Under the pieces are notes generated by a model. The model was given only the letters and a program-made list of their open reading frames with translations. It made no database searches and was not told where the DNA came from. DNA of 64,000 bases from a virus (Duplodnaviria; Caudoviricetes), in IMG/VR virus record IMGVR_UViG_3300033120_000761, positions 22,554-86,553 of that record; one strand, given 5' to 3'. The translations under genes and the position numbers were made by a program. Of this stretch, positions 35,296-43,662 are shown piece by piece (positions within the stretch are counted from its first letter, which is position 1; every line of letters begins with the position of its first letter).

Positions 35296-35835
35296 ATGAA
35301 TTTATCAGAGAATGTACTAAAGTTATTAGGGGAAGATTCCACATTCTTCAAACCCGAAGTAGCTAAAAAGGAAGTATCAAAAATATTAGACTCGTTAGCT
35401 AAAGTATCTCATGGTTTAGTTGAAAAATATCAGGGAAGCATAGCAGGAAATAGCTCTAGTCCATCTGCACCCGATACATCTAAATTTATATCTCAACATT
35501 CGGGGATGATTGAATATATGTCTAATGAAGTAGTTAGAGACCGTTTTCCAAGATTCGTTTCGACGGGTGTTAAAATAGGCAGAAATGTCGATATAGAAAC
35601 AACTAAAGCTATAAAGAAAGAATTTATAAAAATGTTTAATAAGTTTCAGTCTAAGTTTGGTGGTGATGGTACTTCGCATATCAGAGTCAGGTTTGGTGAT
35701 GAAGAGTATGGCCCACACTACTCAATTACGCTCATCGACGTTAGTGGATCAAATTGGGGCTGTGTCGGAGTGCAGATAGAGAAAAGGGATGGCAATGGAG
35801 ATCATAATACCAAGATTTCGCATTTATATAAATAA
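35296..35835 (+). CDS. putative internal head protein (leader MNLSENVLKLLGE)
   Basis: 179-aa ORF with shared leader, AAGGA RBS. Confidence 0.6.
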   Translation: MNLSENVLKLLGEDSTFFKPEVAKKEVSKILDSLAKVSHGLVEKYQGSIAGNSSSPSAPDTSKFISQHSGMIEYMSNEVVRDRFPRFVSTGVKIGRNVDIETTKAIKKEFIKMFNKFQSKFGGDGTSHIRVRFGDEEYGPHYSITLIDVSGSNWGCVGVQIEKRDGNGDHNTKISHLYK

Positions 35836-35859
35836 GGAATAACACGAAACTAGCAAAAA

Positions 35860-35874
35860 GTGTAAATTTTACAC
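35860..35874. promoter_or_regulatory. 15-bp palindrome, candidate operator upstream of queE
   Basis: GTGTAAA-T-TTTACAC. Confidence 0.4.
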
Positions 35875-35885
35875 ATAGGTAATAA

Positions 35886-36617
35886 ATGTCCGGGAACACA
35901 ATAGTACTCGCAAACGAAAGAATTTTTCACACTCTCCAAGGTGAAGGAAAGTATATGGGTTATCCATGTACGTTCGTACGTTTATCACTCTGCAATTTAC
36001 GTTGTGAGTGGAGGAATAAAGATGGCAGTTCAACTAGATGCGATACACCATATACCTCGTTTGAACCTGAAAAAAATGATGTAGAAATTGATCAGATTAT
36101 AAAAGAAGTGTCTGATAAAAATTATCATGTGGTTGTTTCTGGTGGAGAACCATTTTTTCAAGCTAATGTTTCAGAGCTAATTAAAGAATTAAGACTTAAT
36201 AATAAATATGTAACCGTTGAAACAAATGGAACTATTTATAGAGAAAATCAAGCAGATTTCATTTCATTATCCCCTAAATTAAAATCATCATCTTCTAATC
36301 CTGAGCGCGGACAAATTCATGATAAGCAAAGAATCAATCTCGGAGCTTTATCTAAGTTTATTGTTAATCACGATTATCAATTTAAGTTCGTGGTTAATAA
36401 TGAGGAAGAAGTCGAAGAAATCTTAGATATTAAAGGAGAGCTTTGGAAATTAACGGGTATCGATATTTCAGAAAAAATTTGGTTAATGCCTCAAGGTGTT
36501 GCTAAAGAACAATTTGATGAAAAGGCAGAATGGATCTGGGATATTTGTAAAAAACACCACTGGAAATATACTGATAGACTGCATATCAGAGTTTATGGTC
36601 AAAGAGTTGGTGTATGA
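35886..36617 (+). CDS. queE: 7-carboxy-7-deazaguanine synthase (radical SAM)
   Basis: FHTLQGEG, CNLRC...CDT cluster motif, SGGEP, VETNGT, SPKL, LMPQG, RLH. Confidence 0.93.
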   Translation: MSGNTIVLANERIFHTLQGEGKYMGYPCTFVRLSLCNLRCEWRNKDGSSTRCDTPYTSFEPEKNDVEIDQIIKEVSDKNYHVVVSGGEPFFQANVSELIKELRLNNKYVTVETNGTIYRENQADFISLSPKLKSSSSNPERGQIHDKQRINLGALSKFIVNHDYQFKFVVNNEEEVEEILDIKGELWKLTGIDISEKIWLMPQGVAKEQFDEKAEWIWDICKKHHWKYTDRLHIRVYGQRVGV

Positions 36618-36874
36618 AATTAGCGAATCACCTATTACTAGTCTTAGCAGAAGCTACCAAATTTCCTACAATAATCAGTTGTTCCAAATCATCCGTAACG
36701 GTGGCATGGAGTAAAGATTCTATTTTCAAATATGAATGTAATGATTATATGAGAGGAATAGCTACCGATAGAATCGATGCGACTTCAAAACTATTGCCAG
36801 TATTAGATAGGAAAATGCTATCTTATATTTCTAAAAATAAAGACACGCTTAACGGAACAAAGGTAGAAGAATGA
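36614..36874 (+). CDS. putative internal head protein (leader MKLANHLLLVLAE)
   Basis: 86-aa ORF with shared leader. Confidence 0.55.
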   Translation: MKLANHLLLVLAEATKFPTIISCSKSSVTVAWSKDSIFKYECNDYMRGIATDRIDATSKLLPVLDRKMLSYISKNKDTLNGTKVEE

Positions 36875-37320
36875 AATTAGCTCAAGAACTAAAAAAATTA
36901 GTTAATGAAGATCTAGATTCTTCTTATGTTGTTTTTGGCTTTGAGGGTAAACCCGATCTTGCTAATGATCATGTTACTCTAATGTATTTCGGTAAAATAG
37001 AGGAAGATAAGGTTCAAGAAATTATCTCTCTAATCGATTCATATATGGAAGAGAATAAACCAAAAGAGTTTGAAGCTGTTTTTGATAAAGTTTCTATGTT
37101 CGGCCCTGAGAATGATGTAAGGGTTTTAGAGGCTAAGGATAAGAACGTCTTTTTAATCAAGCTCAGAGAGCTTCTAGCGCCTTATAATGGCTCTAAGTTT
37201 ACTGACTTCAATCCTCATTATACAAATGATTCATTAGATTCATTTACGGGCATCATCGATAGATTACAATTTTCACAATCAGAATATAAAGAAATAAAAA
37301 CTTGGAATTTAGGAGATTAA
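36871..37320 (+). CDS. 2H phosphoesterase (LigT/2'-5' RNA ligase/Acb1 superfamily), putative internal head protein
   Basis: two HxT motifs (DHVTL, PHYT) with typical spacing; leader MKLAQELKKLVNE. Confidence 0.8.
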   Translation: MKLAQELKKLVNEDLDSSYVVFGFEGKPDLANDHVTLMYFGKIEEDKVQEIISLIDSYMEENKPKEFEAVFDKVSMFGPENDVRVLEAKDKNVFLIKLRELLAPYNGSKFTDFNPHYTNDSLDSFTGIIDRLQFSQSEYKEIKTWNLGD

Positions 37321-37322
37321 TC

Positions 37323-37509
37323 ATGCAAGTAAAAAGCAAAATTCACGGATCAGCATCTATTACTATTAGAGGACAGAGAAGGAGAGGGAGCATTCGCTTA
37401 TAACCAGATCTCTTTCCCTCACGTTGCGGGTCTTAACCCTAGAAACGTAAATATTCAAAATACGCTAACAATTATCCCGCTTGTTACTGAGCCGGTTTCT
37501 GTAGCTTAA
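37323..37509 (+). pseudogene. small gene split by a +1 frameshift at an A5 run (or an assembly indel)
   Basis: AGGAG RBS + ATG CAA GTA AAA; +1 frame continues AKFTDQHLLLLEDREGEGAFAYNQ...VSVA to 37509. Confidence 0.5.
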
Positions 37510-37525
37510 ATAAGGTAATTAATTT

Positions 37526-38182
37526 ATGGATGGAATTAAACTTAAAGATTTAAAAAATATCCCTTCTACTCCGATGGTCGATAACGGCCTGACGAGAGAA
37601 GAGAAGAAAACAAAGATCGAAGAACATTTCAAAGCAATTATGGAAACATTAGGGCTTGATTTAACCGATGATTCTTTGATGGATACTCCTCGTAGAGTAG
37701 CTAAGATGTATGTGGATGAGATCTGCTACGGATTAGATGAATCAAGATTCCCTAAGATCACGATGGTTGAAAATAAATTCGGATCTCAGATGGTAACGGA
37801 AGCAAAAATTACCGTGAACTCATTATGCGAACATCACTTCATTACTATTTGTGGCTTTGCTCACATCTCATATATTCCAAAGGCAAATGGAAAGGTGATT
37901 GGATTATCTAAGATGAATCGAATCGTTGAATACTTTTCGGCAAGACCTCAAGTTCAAGAAAGACTAACTGAGCAAGTTCAAAAATGTTTGGCAGAGCTTT
38001 TAGGGACTGAAGATGTGGCCGTGGTAATTGATGGAGTCCACTTTTGCGTAAGAGCAAGAGGAGTAAAAGACGGATCTTCTGTAACAAGAACTTCTTCTTT
38101 GGGTGGAAAATATCTGAGTGATGCGGTTGTAAGATCAGAATTTATGAACGCAATTCCTACGATTGCAGACTTTAAATTATAG
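37526..38182 (+). CDS. folE: GTP cyclohydrolase I
   Basis: DTPRRVAKMY, SLCEHH, GLSK..R, QVQERLT, HFCVRARGV. Confidence 0.97.
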   Translation: MDGIKLKDLKNIPSTPMVDNGLTREEKKTKIEEHFKAIMETLGLDLTDDSLMDTPRRVAKMYVDEICYGLDESRFPKITMVENKFGSQMVTEAKITVNSLCEHHFITICGFAHISYIPKANGKVIGLSKMNRIVEYFSARPQVQERLTEQVQKCLAELLGTEDVAVVIDGVHFCVRARGVKDGSSVTRTSSLGGKYLSDAVVRSEFMNAIPTIADFKL

Positions 38183-38190
38183 GAATGAAG

Positions 38191-39240
38191 ATGTTATCGA
38201 GGCAAATTTTAAAACTGTTAGAAGATGCCTCGGAGCCTTGGTTATCCTATTTAGATGATAAGCCTAAGACTAGAGAGTATGTTGTAAAAGCAATTGAAGA
38301 TCTGGATGCAGGCTTAGAAAATAAGGTGATCTGGAATACCGAATTTCTAAATATAAAATCTAGATTAGGATCTCTTTGTTATGATTTATTTCATGATGTG
38401 AAAAGAGATGCGATTAAGAAAGTCACAATGACACCGGAAGAATTAGCATATTTTGAAGAAAAGATTTATATGCTCGCGGTTCAAGCTCCAAGAATGATTC
38501 TAAAGAAAATAGGATCAGATAATAATCCAGGCCTAAAGTTTATGGTTGAGACGCTGATTAAACCAATAGCGGATCTTCTGGAAAAAATAAATAAATTAAA
38601 AGAATTTGTTCAGAAGGGAAGAAAGCCTAACCCTAATGCTAAGACTAAGCCTGTTTTTGATCCCGGATATTCTTCTAAGGAAGATACTGAAAAAGTAAAA
38701 AATATCTATGAAGAATTATTAAAAGAATGGCTTCCTAAACAAATAGCTGAGATTGAAGATCAACAAGAAAAAATGATTGTTGATCTTCAAAAGTTATTAA
38801 GGGATGGTACGCCTGCTGAAAAATCTAATAAGAGATCTCACCCAGGAAGAATTTACTTTGACTTATCTGATAGGTTAGAAAAAGATTATAAGAAGAAAAT
38901 AAAAGAAAAGGCCGTGAAAGAGGCGAAAGCTATCCAAGAAGCTTTTACGATTAAGAATATTAAAAAAGTCACAAGTATTATTTCTAATAAGGGTGATTTA
39001 AAAGATTCTAAAATTGTAAAAACGTCTTCTAGGGACGGTATCATGGAAGGGATTATAAAATTTCTTTTTAGTGATGGATCTTCATTCTCGGTGAAGAATC
39101 AGGTAGTGGTTGTTTGGGATACTCGTAAACCATTTTATAGATTCCCAACGACTTTCATTGATATTGAAATGCCAGATAAGGTAAAGCATAAAATGAAATC
39201 CGAAGAATGGATGAACATTAATTTCAAAAGAGTAGCGTAA
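38191..39240 (+). CDS. putative internal head protein (leader MLSRQILKLLE)
   Basis: 350-aa ORF with leader; start 38185 or 38191. Confidence 0.6.
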   Translation: MLSRQILKLLEDASEPWLSYLDDKPKTREYVVKAIEDLDAGLENKVIWNTEFLNIKSRLGSLCYDLFHDVKRDAIKKVTMTPEELAYFEEKIYMLAVQAPRMILKKIGSDNNPGLKFMVETLIKPIADLLEKINKLKEFVQKGRKPNPNAKTKPVFDPGYSSKEDTEKVKNIYEELLKEWLPKQIAEIEDQQEKMIVDLQKLLRDGTPAEKSNKRSHPGRIYFDLSDRLEKDYKKKIKEKAVKEAKAIQEAFTIKNIKKVTSIISNKGDLKDSKIVKTSSRDGIMEGIIKFLFSDGSSFSVKNQVVVVWDTRKPFYRFPTTFIDIEMPDKVKHKMKSEEWMNINFKRVA

Positions 39241-40469
39241 TGAAATTAGCAGAGGAATTAATTAGATTGATACCCGTAGATGAAGTTATAAATGCTTCTA
39301 AGCTTAGGCATTCTACTCGCATGGTTTTTAATAATCCTGATTTTGATCGATATACGGTTTTAAATCAAGGTGAAACTACCAAGGCCGTAGTAGTTAATAA
39401 TAAAGAGCAGTATCGGATAATCGAATTAACCACTAATCAAAATTTAGCATCATCGAATATGATGATTTTTAATGATGATAAAAATTCTGCTATTGAATAT
39501 CTTTTAGATGGCTATTATGAAGATGAATTGGTTGCACAAACCAAAGCTTTCTATATGCGCCACAGCCTATCTGGTGGCGACGTTCCTGCTAACAAATTAC
39601 CTAAAATAAAAATAAAAAGTGATTCAAAGTGGATTAAGAAAGAAAAGCTATATCTTTGGTTGATCAAAGAAGGTATTCCAGATGTTCAAATTAAGATCGT
39701 GTTTCCTGACCTTATAAATTTAGATTCTGCTGAGACATCAATATCTCATGGGGATTTTACCCTTATTGGATTCGCCGAAGATAAACATAAATTTTTATTA
39801 TCCGTAATAGATGATTCAACAAAGCTGTTAAATAAGGCAGGGTTTAAAGATATTTCTTATGGAAAAGTCTATCTGGCCACGAAGAAAAACTCTTCAACTA
39901 CTAGAACCCTAGCAGACTACATTTCTAATGATGATAGTATGCGCGTTTTTGATATAAAAACTTCTCAAGAACAATCCGTATTAACTTTCACTCATGAGCT
40001 TGGGCATAGATATTATTATAAGCGACTCTCTCCCCTATCTAGAGAATTGATCGGAAAAGAATTTATCAAAAATATGCGCCTTGATATGGAAGATCAAAAA
40101 GAAGTAAATAAACAAATCAGAGGTTCTATTCCTGATTATAAAGTCGGGGATAAAATAAAAGATAAGAAATATGGCGATCTTGTTTTTTCTGGTGTCGGGG
40201 GTGTTAATCTTAACTCCAGAAAGATGGTTCTGAAATTCCACTTATTAAAAAATAATGAGAAGACCAATAAAATTTTAACTTTTGATAGTATGCTCGATGC
40301 TATACTGTATTTTAATAAAGATTCGCTAAAAGGTAAAAATAAAGCTAATCCTTGGATTCCCACAGCTTACTCTAAAACCAGTGCAGTTGAATGGTTCGCG
40401 GAAATTTTCTCATACTCTGTTGTAGAGAAAAATAAAGAGATCTTAGATTGGATAAAAGGGCTTAAATAA
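39240..40469 (+). CDS. zincin-like metallopeptidase, putative internal head protein
   Basis: THELGH (HExxH) and downstream EWFAE; leader MKLAEELIRLIPVDE. Confidence 0.7.
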   Translation: MKLAEELIRLIPVDEVINASKLRHSTRMVFNNPDFDRYTVLNQGETTKAVVVNNKEQYRIIELTTNQNLASSNMMIFNDDKNSAIEYLLDGYYEDELVAQTKAFYMRHSLSGGDVPANKLPKIKIKSDSKWIKKEKLYLWLIKEGIPDVQIKIVFPDLINLDSAETSISHGDFTLIGFAEDKHKFLLSVIDDSTKLLNKAGFKDISYGKVYLATKKNSSTTRTLADYISNDDSMRVFDIKTSQEQSVLTFTHELGHRYYYKRLSPLSRELIGKEFIKNMRLDMEDQKEVNKQIRGSIPDYKVGDKIKDKKYGDLVFSGVGGVNLNSRKMVLKFHLLKNNEKTNKILTFDSMLDAILYFNKDSLKGKNKANPWIPTAYSKTSAVEWFAEIFSYSVVEKNKEILDWIKGLK

Positions 40470-40484
40470 TAAAAAGGAATATCC

Positions 40485-40709
40485 ATGGAAGGACCCATCA
40501 GTTCTAGAGTTTATGTAGAAGCTTCACCCGAGGCAATCGAATGTTGGCAACAACGAGTCAGAGATCTGATTTATCTTGAATCGCTGGATGCTTCAAAATT
40601 CAAAACATACGATGAGCGAGCAACCCATTACTTAAACCTGTCAACTCTAGCAATCAATAAGAAACTGCTAACAAGTATTGGATTCGACGTGAGAGATCTG
40701 CTGAATTAG
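40485..40709 (+). CDS. hypothetical protein
   Basis: 74-aa ORF, AAGGA RBS. Confidence 0.55.
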   Translation: MEGPISSRVYVEASPEAIECWQQRVRDLIYLESLDASKFKTYDERATHYLNLSTLAINKKLLTSIGFDVRDLLN

Positions 40710-40715
40710 TGGTTT

Positions 40716-40743
40716 TTGCGATATTCTCAATAAGTGTTAAAAT
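40716..40743 (+). promoter_or_regulatory. sigma70-like promoter with extended -10
   Basis: TTGCGA-N16-TAAAAT with TG extension. Confidence 0.55.
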
Positions 40744-40778
40744 CGTAGCTACTTCCACTTTGAAATTCGGAGCTACAG

Positions 40779-41570
40779 ATGCGTATAAAGTTCAATAAGC
40801 TTATCATCAAGTTATTGTGGGCCACTCGTCCTTTGATTACTTGGTTCGATCATACTTTCACTATAAAATCAGCAATTAAAAAAGTCACAGGTGATGATTA
40901 TTACGTGCATCGTGATCTCGTTGTTAAGGGGATGGTCTTCATTACCGATGCTAACGGGCATGGATCGAATATCATTAATCCATCTAGAAATGGGAGACAT
41001 GGGGCAATTTATTTTGGAAGAGGCCTTGAGACTAAGATTAAACAAGTTTTAACTAAGCTCAATACCGAAATAACAGAGCTAAAATACAATCCAGGAAATG
41101 ATAAAGAAAGGGCCGAGCTTTTAAAGAAAGCAGAGGATAAATTCTTTAGGATCCATAAAGTATTCAATGACTATAAGATCAATGATGAAATCTGCTATGT
41201 AATCGAGTCTGTAGAGGCGGGAGTTAAGCCAACTAACCTTGTTACTTTCATGACTTCAAAAGATTTATTCATGGCATTTACGCCAAACTTCTATTCCTCG
41301 CCAGAGGAAAAATTACAATTAATGAATGATGCGGCAGATTTTTCCGTAGAAGATCTTGGGCTTCCTTATGACTATGGGTTTGAGGATGGGGATGATGCAA
41401 AATATTGTTTCGAAGTCCCTGCCGATAATTATATCAAAGCAAAGCCAGGATTAACCCTGAAAAAAGAGAAAGTACTGGGGCATCCGTTCTATCTTTCGAC
41501 GACTTGGATTGAGGATGGCCATAAATGGTCAAAGACAATACATCTCCCAATTGCAAATAAACTTTTGTAA
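40779..41570 (+). CDS. permuted papain-like (YiiX/YebB NlpC/P60) cysteine hydrolase
   Basis: RHGAIYFG...VIESV..GV...LGLPYDYGF....KYCFEV. Confidence 0.75.
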   Translation: MRIKFNKLIIKLLWATRPLITWFDHTFTIKSAIKKVTGDDYYVHRDLVVKGMVFITDANGHGSNIINPSRNGRHGAIYFGRGLETKIKQVLTKLNTEITELKYNPGNDKERAELLKKAEDKFFRIHKVFNDYKINDEICYVIESVEAGVKPTNLVTFMTSKDLFMAFTPNFYSSPEEKLQLMNDAADFSVEDLGLPYDYGFEDGDDAKYCFEVPADNYIKAKPGLTLKKEKVLGHPFYLSTTWIEDGHKWSKTIHLPIANKLL

Positions 41571-41621
41571 AAGTGTTGAGATTGACTTACTATTTTAACA
41601 TTGAACAAAAAAGGGAATACC

Positions 41622-41873
41622 GTGGAAAATAAAATCTTTATCGGCGGTTTGAATTATCAAACTTCTGAGCGCGCTCTATTTCACGAATTGCAAAAGCATG
41701 GGAAAGTAATCTCCATTCGCATCGTGACTGAAAAAGAAACAGGAAGATCTAGAGGCTTTGGCTTTGCTACTTTTGCAACTCCTGAAGAGGCAGAGGGAGC
41801 AATCAAGAACATGAATAATACTATTTTTGATGGTAGAAGAATCGGTGTAAAACCGTCTATCGATAAAAAATAA
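41622..41873 (+). CDS. RNA recognition motif (RRM) RNA-binding protein
   Basis: RNP2 IFIGGL and RNP1 RGFGFATF; GTG start 41622 after AAGGGA. Confidence 0.92.
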   Translation: MENKIFIGGLNYQTSERALFHELQKHGKVISIRIVTEKETGRSRGFGFATFATPEEAEGAIKNMNNTIFDGRRIGVKPSIDKK

Positions 41874-41892
41874 ATAAAAGGATAACGTCAAG

Positions 41893-43662
41893 ATGGGTCA
41901 TTTTAATATAAATCCTAAGATTCTTTCATCGAATATCTCTGATATGCGTGAGGGATTCATCAGGAAGTCAAATGCTCAAGCCCCATTTTCGGGGGTCCCT
42001 TTAATTAACGAATATGCCAATTTTATGAAAGAGAGGGCAATGGACTCTCAGCTGGATTCGACTATTAAGGGATTCAATAATCAATTCGTTTTAACCGCAT
42101 ACTCTGCTGCTTATCAAAAAGCCTCTGAAAGATTAAGAACAATCATTCAGGCCGTAGATACGGTTAGAAATTTCTATTTAGTTGATGTTATTTTATCTCA
42201 ATTAACTGAAGATGCTCTTAGTTCTAGAAATGGATCAGAAGAGATCTTTAGATTTTCATCTAAGAACTTAGAGGTTCAAGATGAATTGAACTTTCTAAAA
42301 GAGAAATTATCCCTTGACCAGATCATTGAAAACATCACTCCTGACTTATGCGCCTATGGTGAATACGTTATGGAAACAGATATCAATGAGCAAAGAGGTG
42401 TTATCGGTATTTACGATAATATCGATCAAGGAACGGTAGTTTCACTTACTCAAAATGGTGAGATCGAAGGTTATTTAGCGATTGATGAATTAACAGGGGT
42501 TATTAAAAAACGCCATATTTCTGATTACGTTAAATTCACTATCGGTGGCCAAAGGATTAAGGTAAATTTTGATAAAACAGGCGATATGATTGCCCGTCAA
42601 AATCCTTTACTTAGATCATACGTTAAAAAAGTCCCAAAATTCTTAAGAGTCGGTAAGTCTTATATCTTCCCTTTTATCGGAAAGATCAAAGAACTTGAGG
42701 TTCTTGAAAAACTAGTCCCTGCAACAAAACTCAATAAGCTGTCTCAAGGTAACTTGATCGGTTTACCTGTGCCTGAGAACTACTCATTAGACGCTGGTAT
42801 GGAGGCTTCTCGCCGTGTTGAGGGGATGATCAATAAGAAAGTAATGGTTGATCCATCTTTAGGGGAAATCACCGTAGAAGCGATCCTATCAACTGCCGGC
42901 CGTAACAGGGTTATTCCTGTTTTTGGTGAGAAAGGAAGATTAGATAAGCTGGATTTTAAAGGTGATGAGGCAGATGATCTTTTCTCAAATACAAAAGATA
43001 TGCGAGACATCATCCTGGACTCAGTCGGAGTTCCTTCAGAAATCATTTTCAAGAGTGATGGCGGGAATAAATCAGATATTCTAAAAAGATATGCAAAATA
43101 TCTTAGAAAATTAAAGAAGATTCAAAAGTCTCTAGCAGAAGGATTAAAGCAATTAGCTATTATTCACTTGGTTAATAAGGGAATCACTTTTGAAGAAAAA
43201 GATATCGAAGTAAACTTCTTAAATACTCTAATTGAGATCGATAACCTTGATCGTTTAGAGCACGCAGATATCACGTTATCGATGTTAACTAATGCTAAGA
43301 ACTTCTTTGTTGAGCTTGCAGCGGATGATTCTGCTTTTGCTTCGCAGGTTGTGATGGATAAAGTTTCTGAATACCTTGAATCAAACTTAAAAACTATTGG
43401 GTTATCCGATGCTTTAAGAACTCAGGCAGAAGGTGGTCCATCGGCAGAGAAAAGACAAGATGATCTTTCAATGGAAGGAGATGCCGCAGATCCGTTTGCT
43501 GATGATACAGAAACAGGGAATGAAGCTCCACCACAACAAACATCAGTAACTGGTGATGTTGAAGAGCCAACTGAAGAACAAAAAGAAAAGTATCCACACA
43601 TTAAATACAAGATGGGAGAGTCTGTTTATGCGAAACGCAAAAGGTTTATTAGAAAAGTTTAG
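41893..43662 (+). CDS. portal protein (T4 gp20-like)
   Basis: 589 aa, first gene of head module, DLCAYGE-like motif, acidic low-complexity C-terminal tail. Confidence 0.75.
   Translation: MGHFNINPKILSSNISDMREGFIRKSNAQAPFSGVPLINEYANFMKERAMDSQLDSTIKGFNNQFVLTAYSAAYQKASERLRTIIQAVDTVRNFYLVDVILSQLTEDALSSRNGSEEIFRFSSKNLEVQDELNFLKEKLSLDQIIENITPDLCAYGEYVMETDINEQRGVIGIYDNIDQGTVVSLTQNGEIEGYLAIDELTGVIKKRHISDYVKFTIGGQRIKVNFDKTGDMIARQNPLLRSYVKKVPKFLRVGKSYIFPFIGKIKELEVLEKLVPATKLNKLSQGNLIGLPVPENYSLDAGMEASRRVEGMINKKVMVDPSLGEITVEAILSTAGRNRVIPVFGEKGRLDKLDFKGDEADDLFSNTKDMRDIILDSVGVPSEIIFKSDGGNKSDILKRYAKYLRKLKKIQKSLAEGLKQLAIIHLVNKGITFEEKDIEVNFLNTLIEIDNLDRLEHADITLSMLTNAKNFFVELAADDSAFASQVVMDKVSEYLESNLKTIGLSDALRTQAEGGPSAEKRQDDLSMEGDAADPFADDTETGNEAPPQQTSVTGDVEEPTEEQKEKYPHIKYKMGESVYAKRKRFIRKV

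Noticed and set aside
4568-35834. T4 late promoter TATAAATA (4568, 11212, 35827)
   Set aside because: Two copies are simply Tyr-Lys-stop codons, the motif is expected in AT-rich DNA, and it is not found upstream of capsid, sheath or portal genes
28513-38182. dG+ or dPreQ1 as the modification product
   Set aside because: No ArcS, Gat-QueC or QueF recognised in this window; cannot be excluded if encoded elsewhere in the genome
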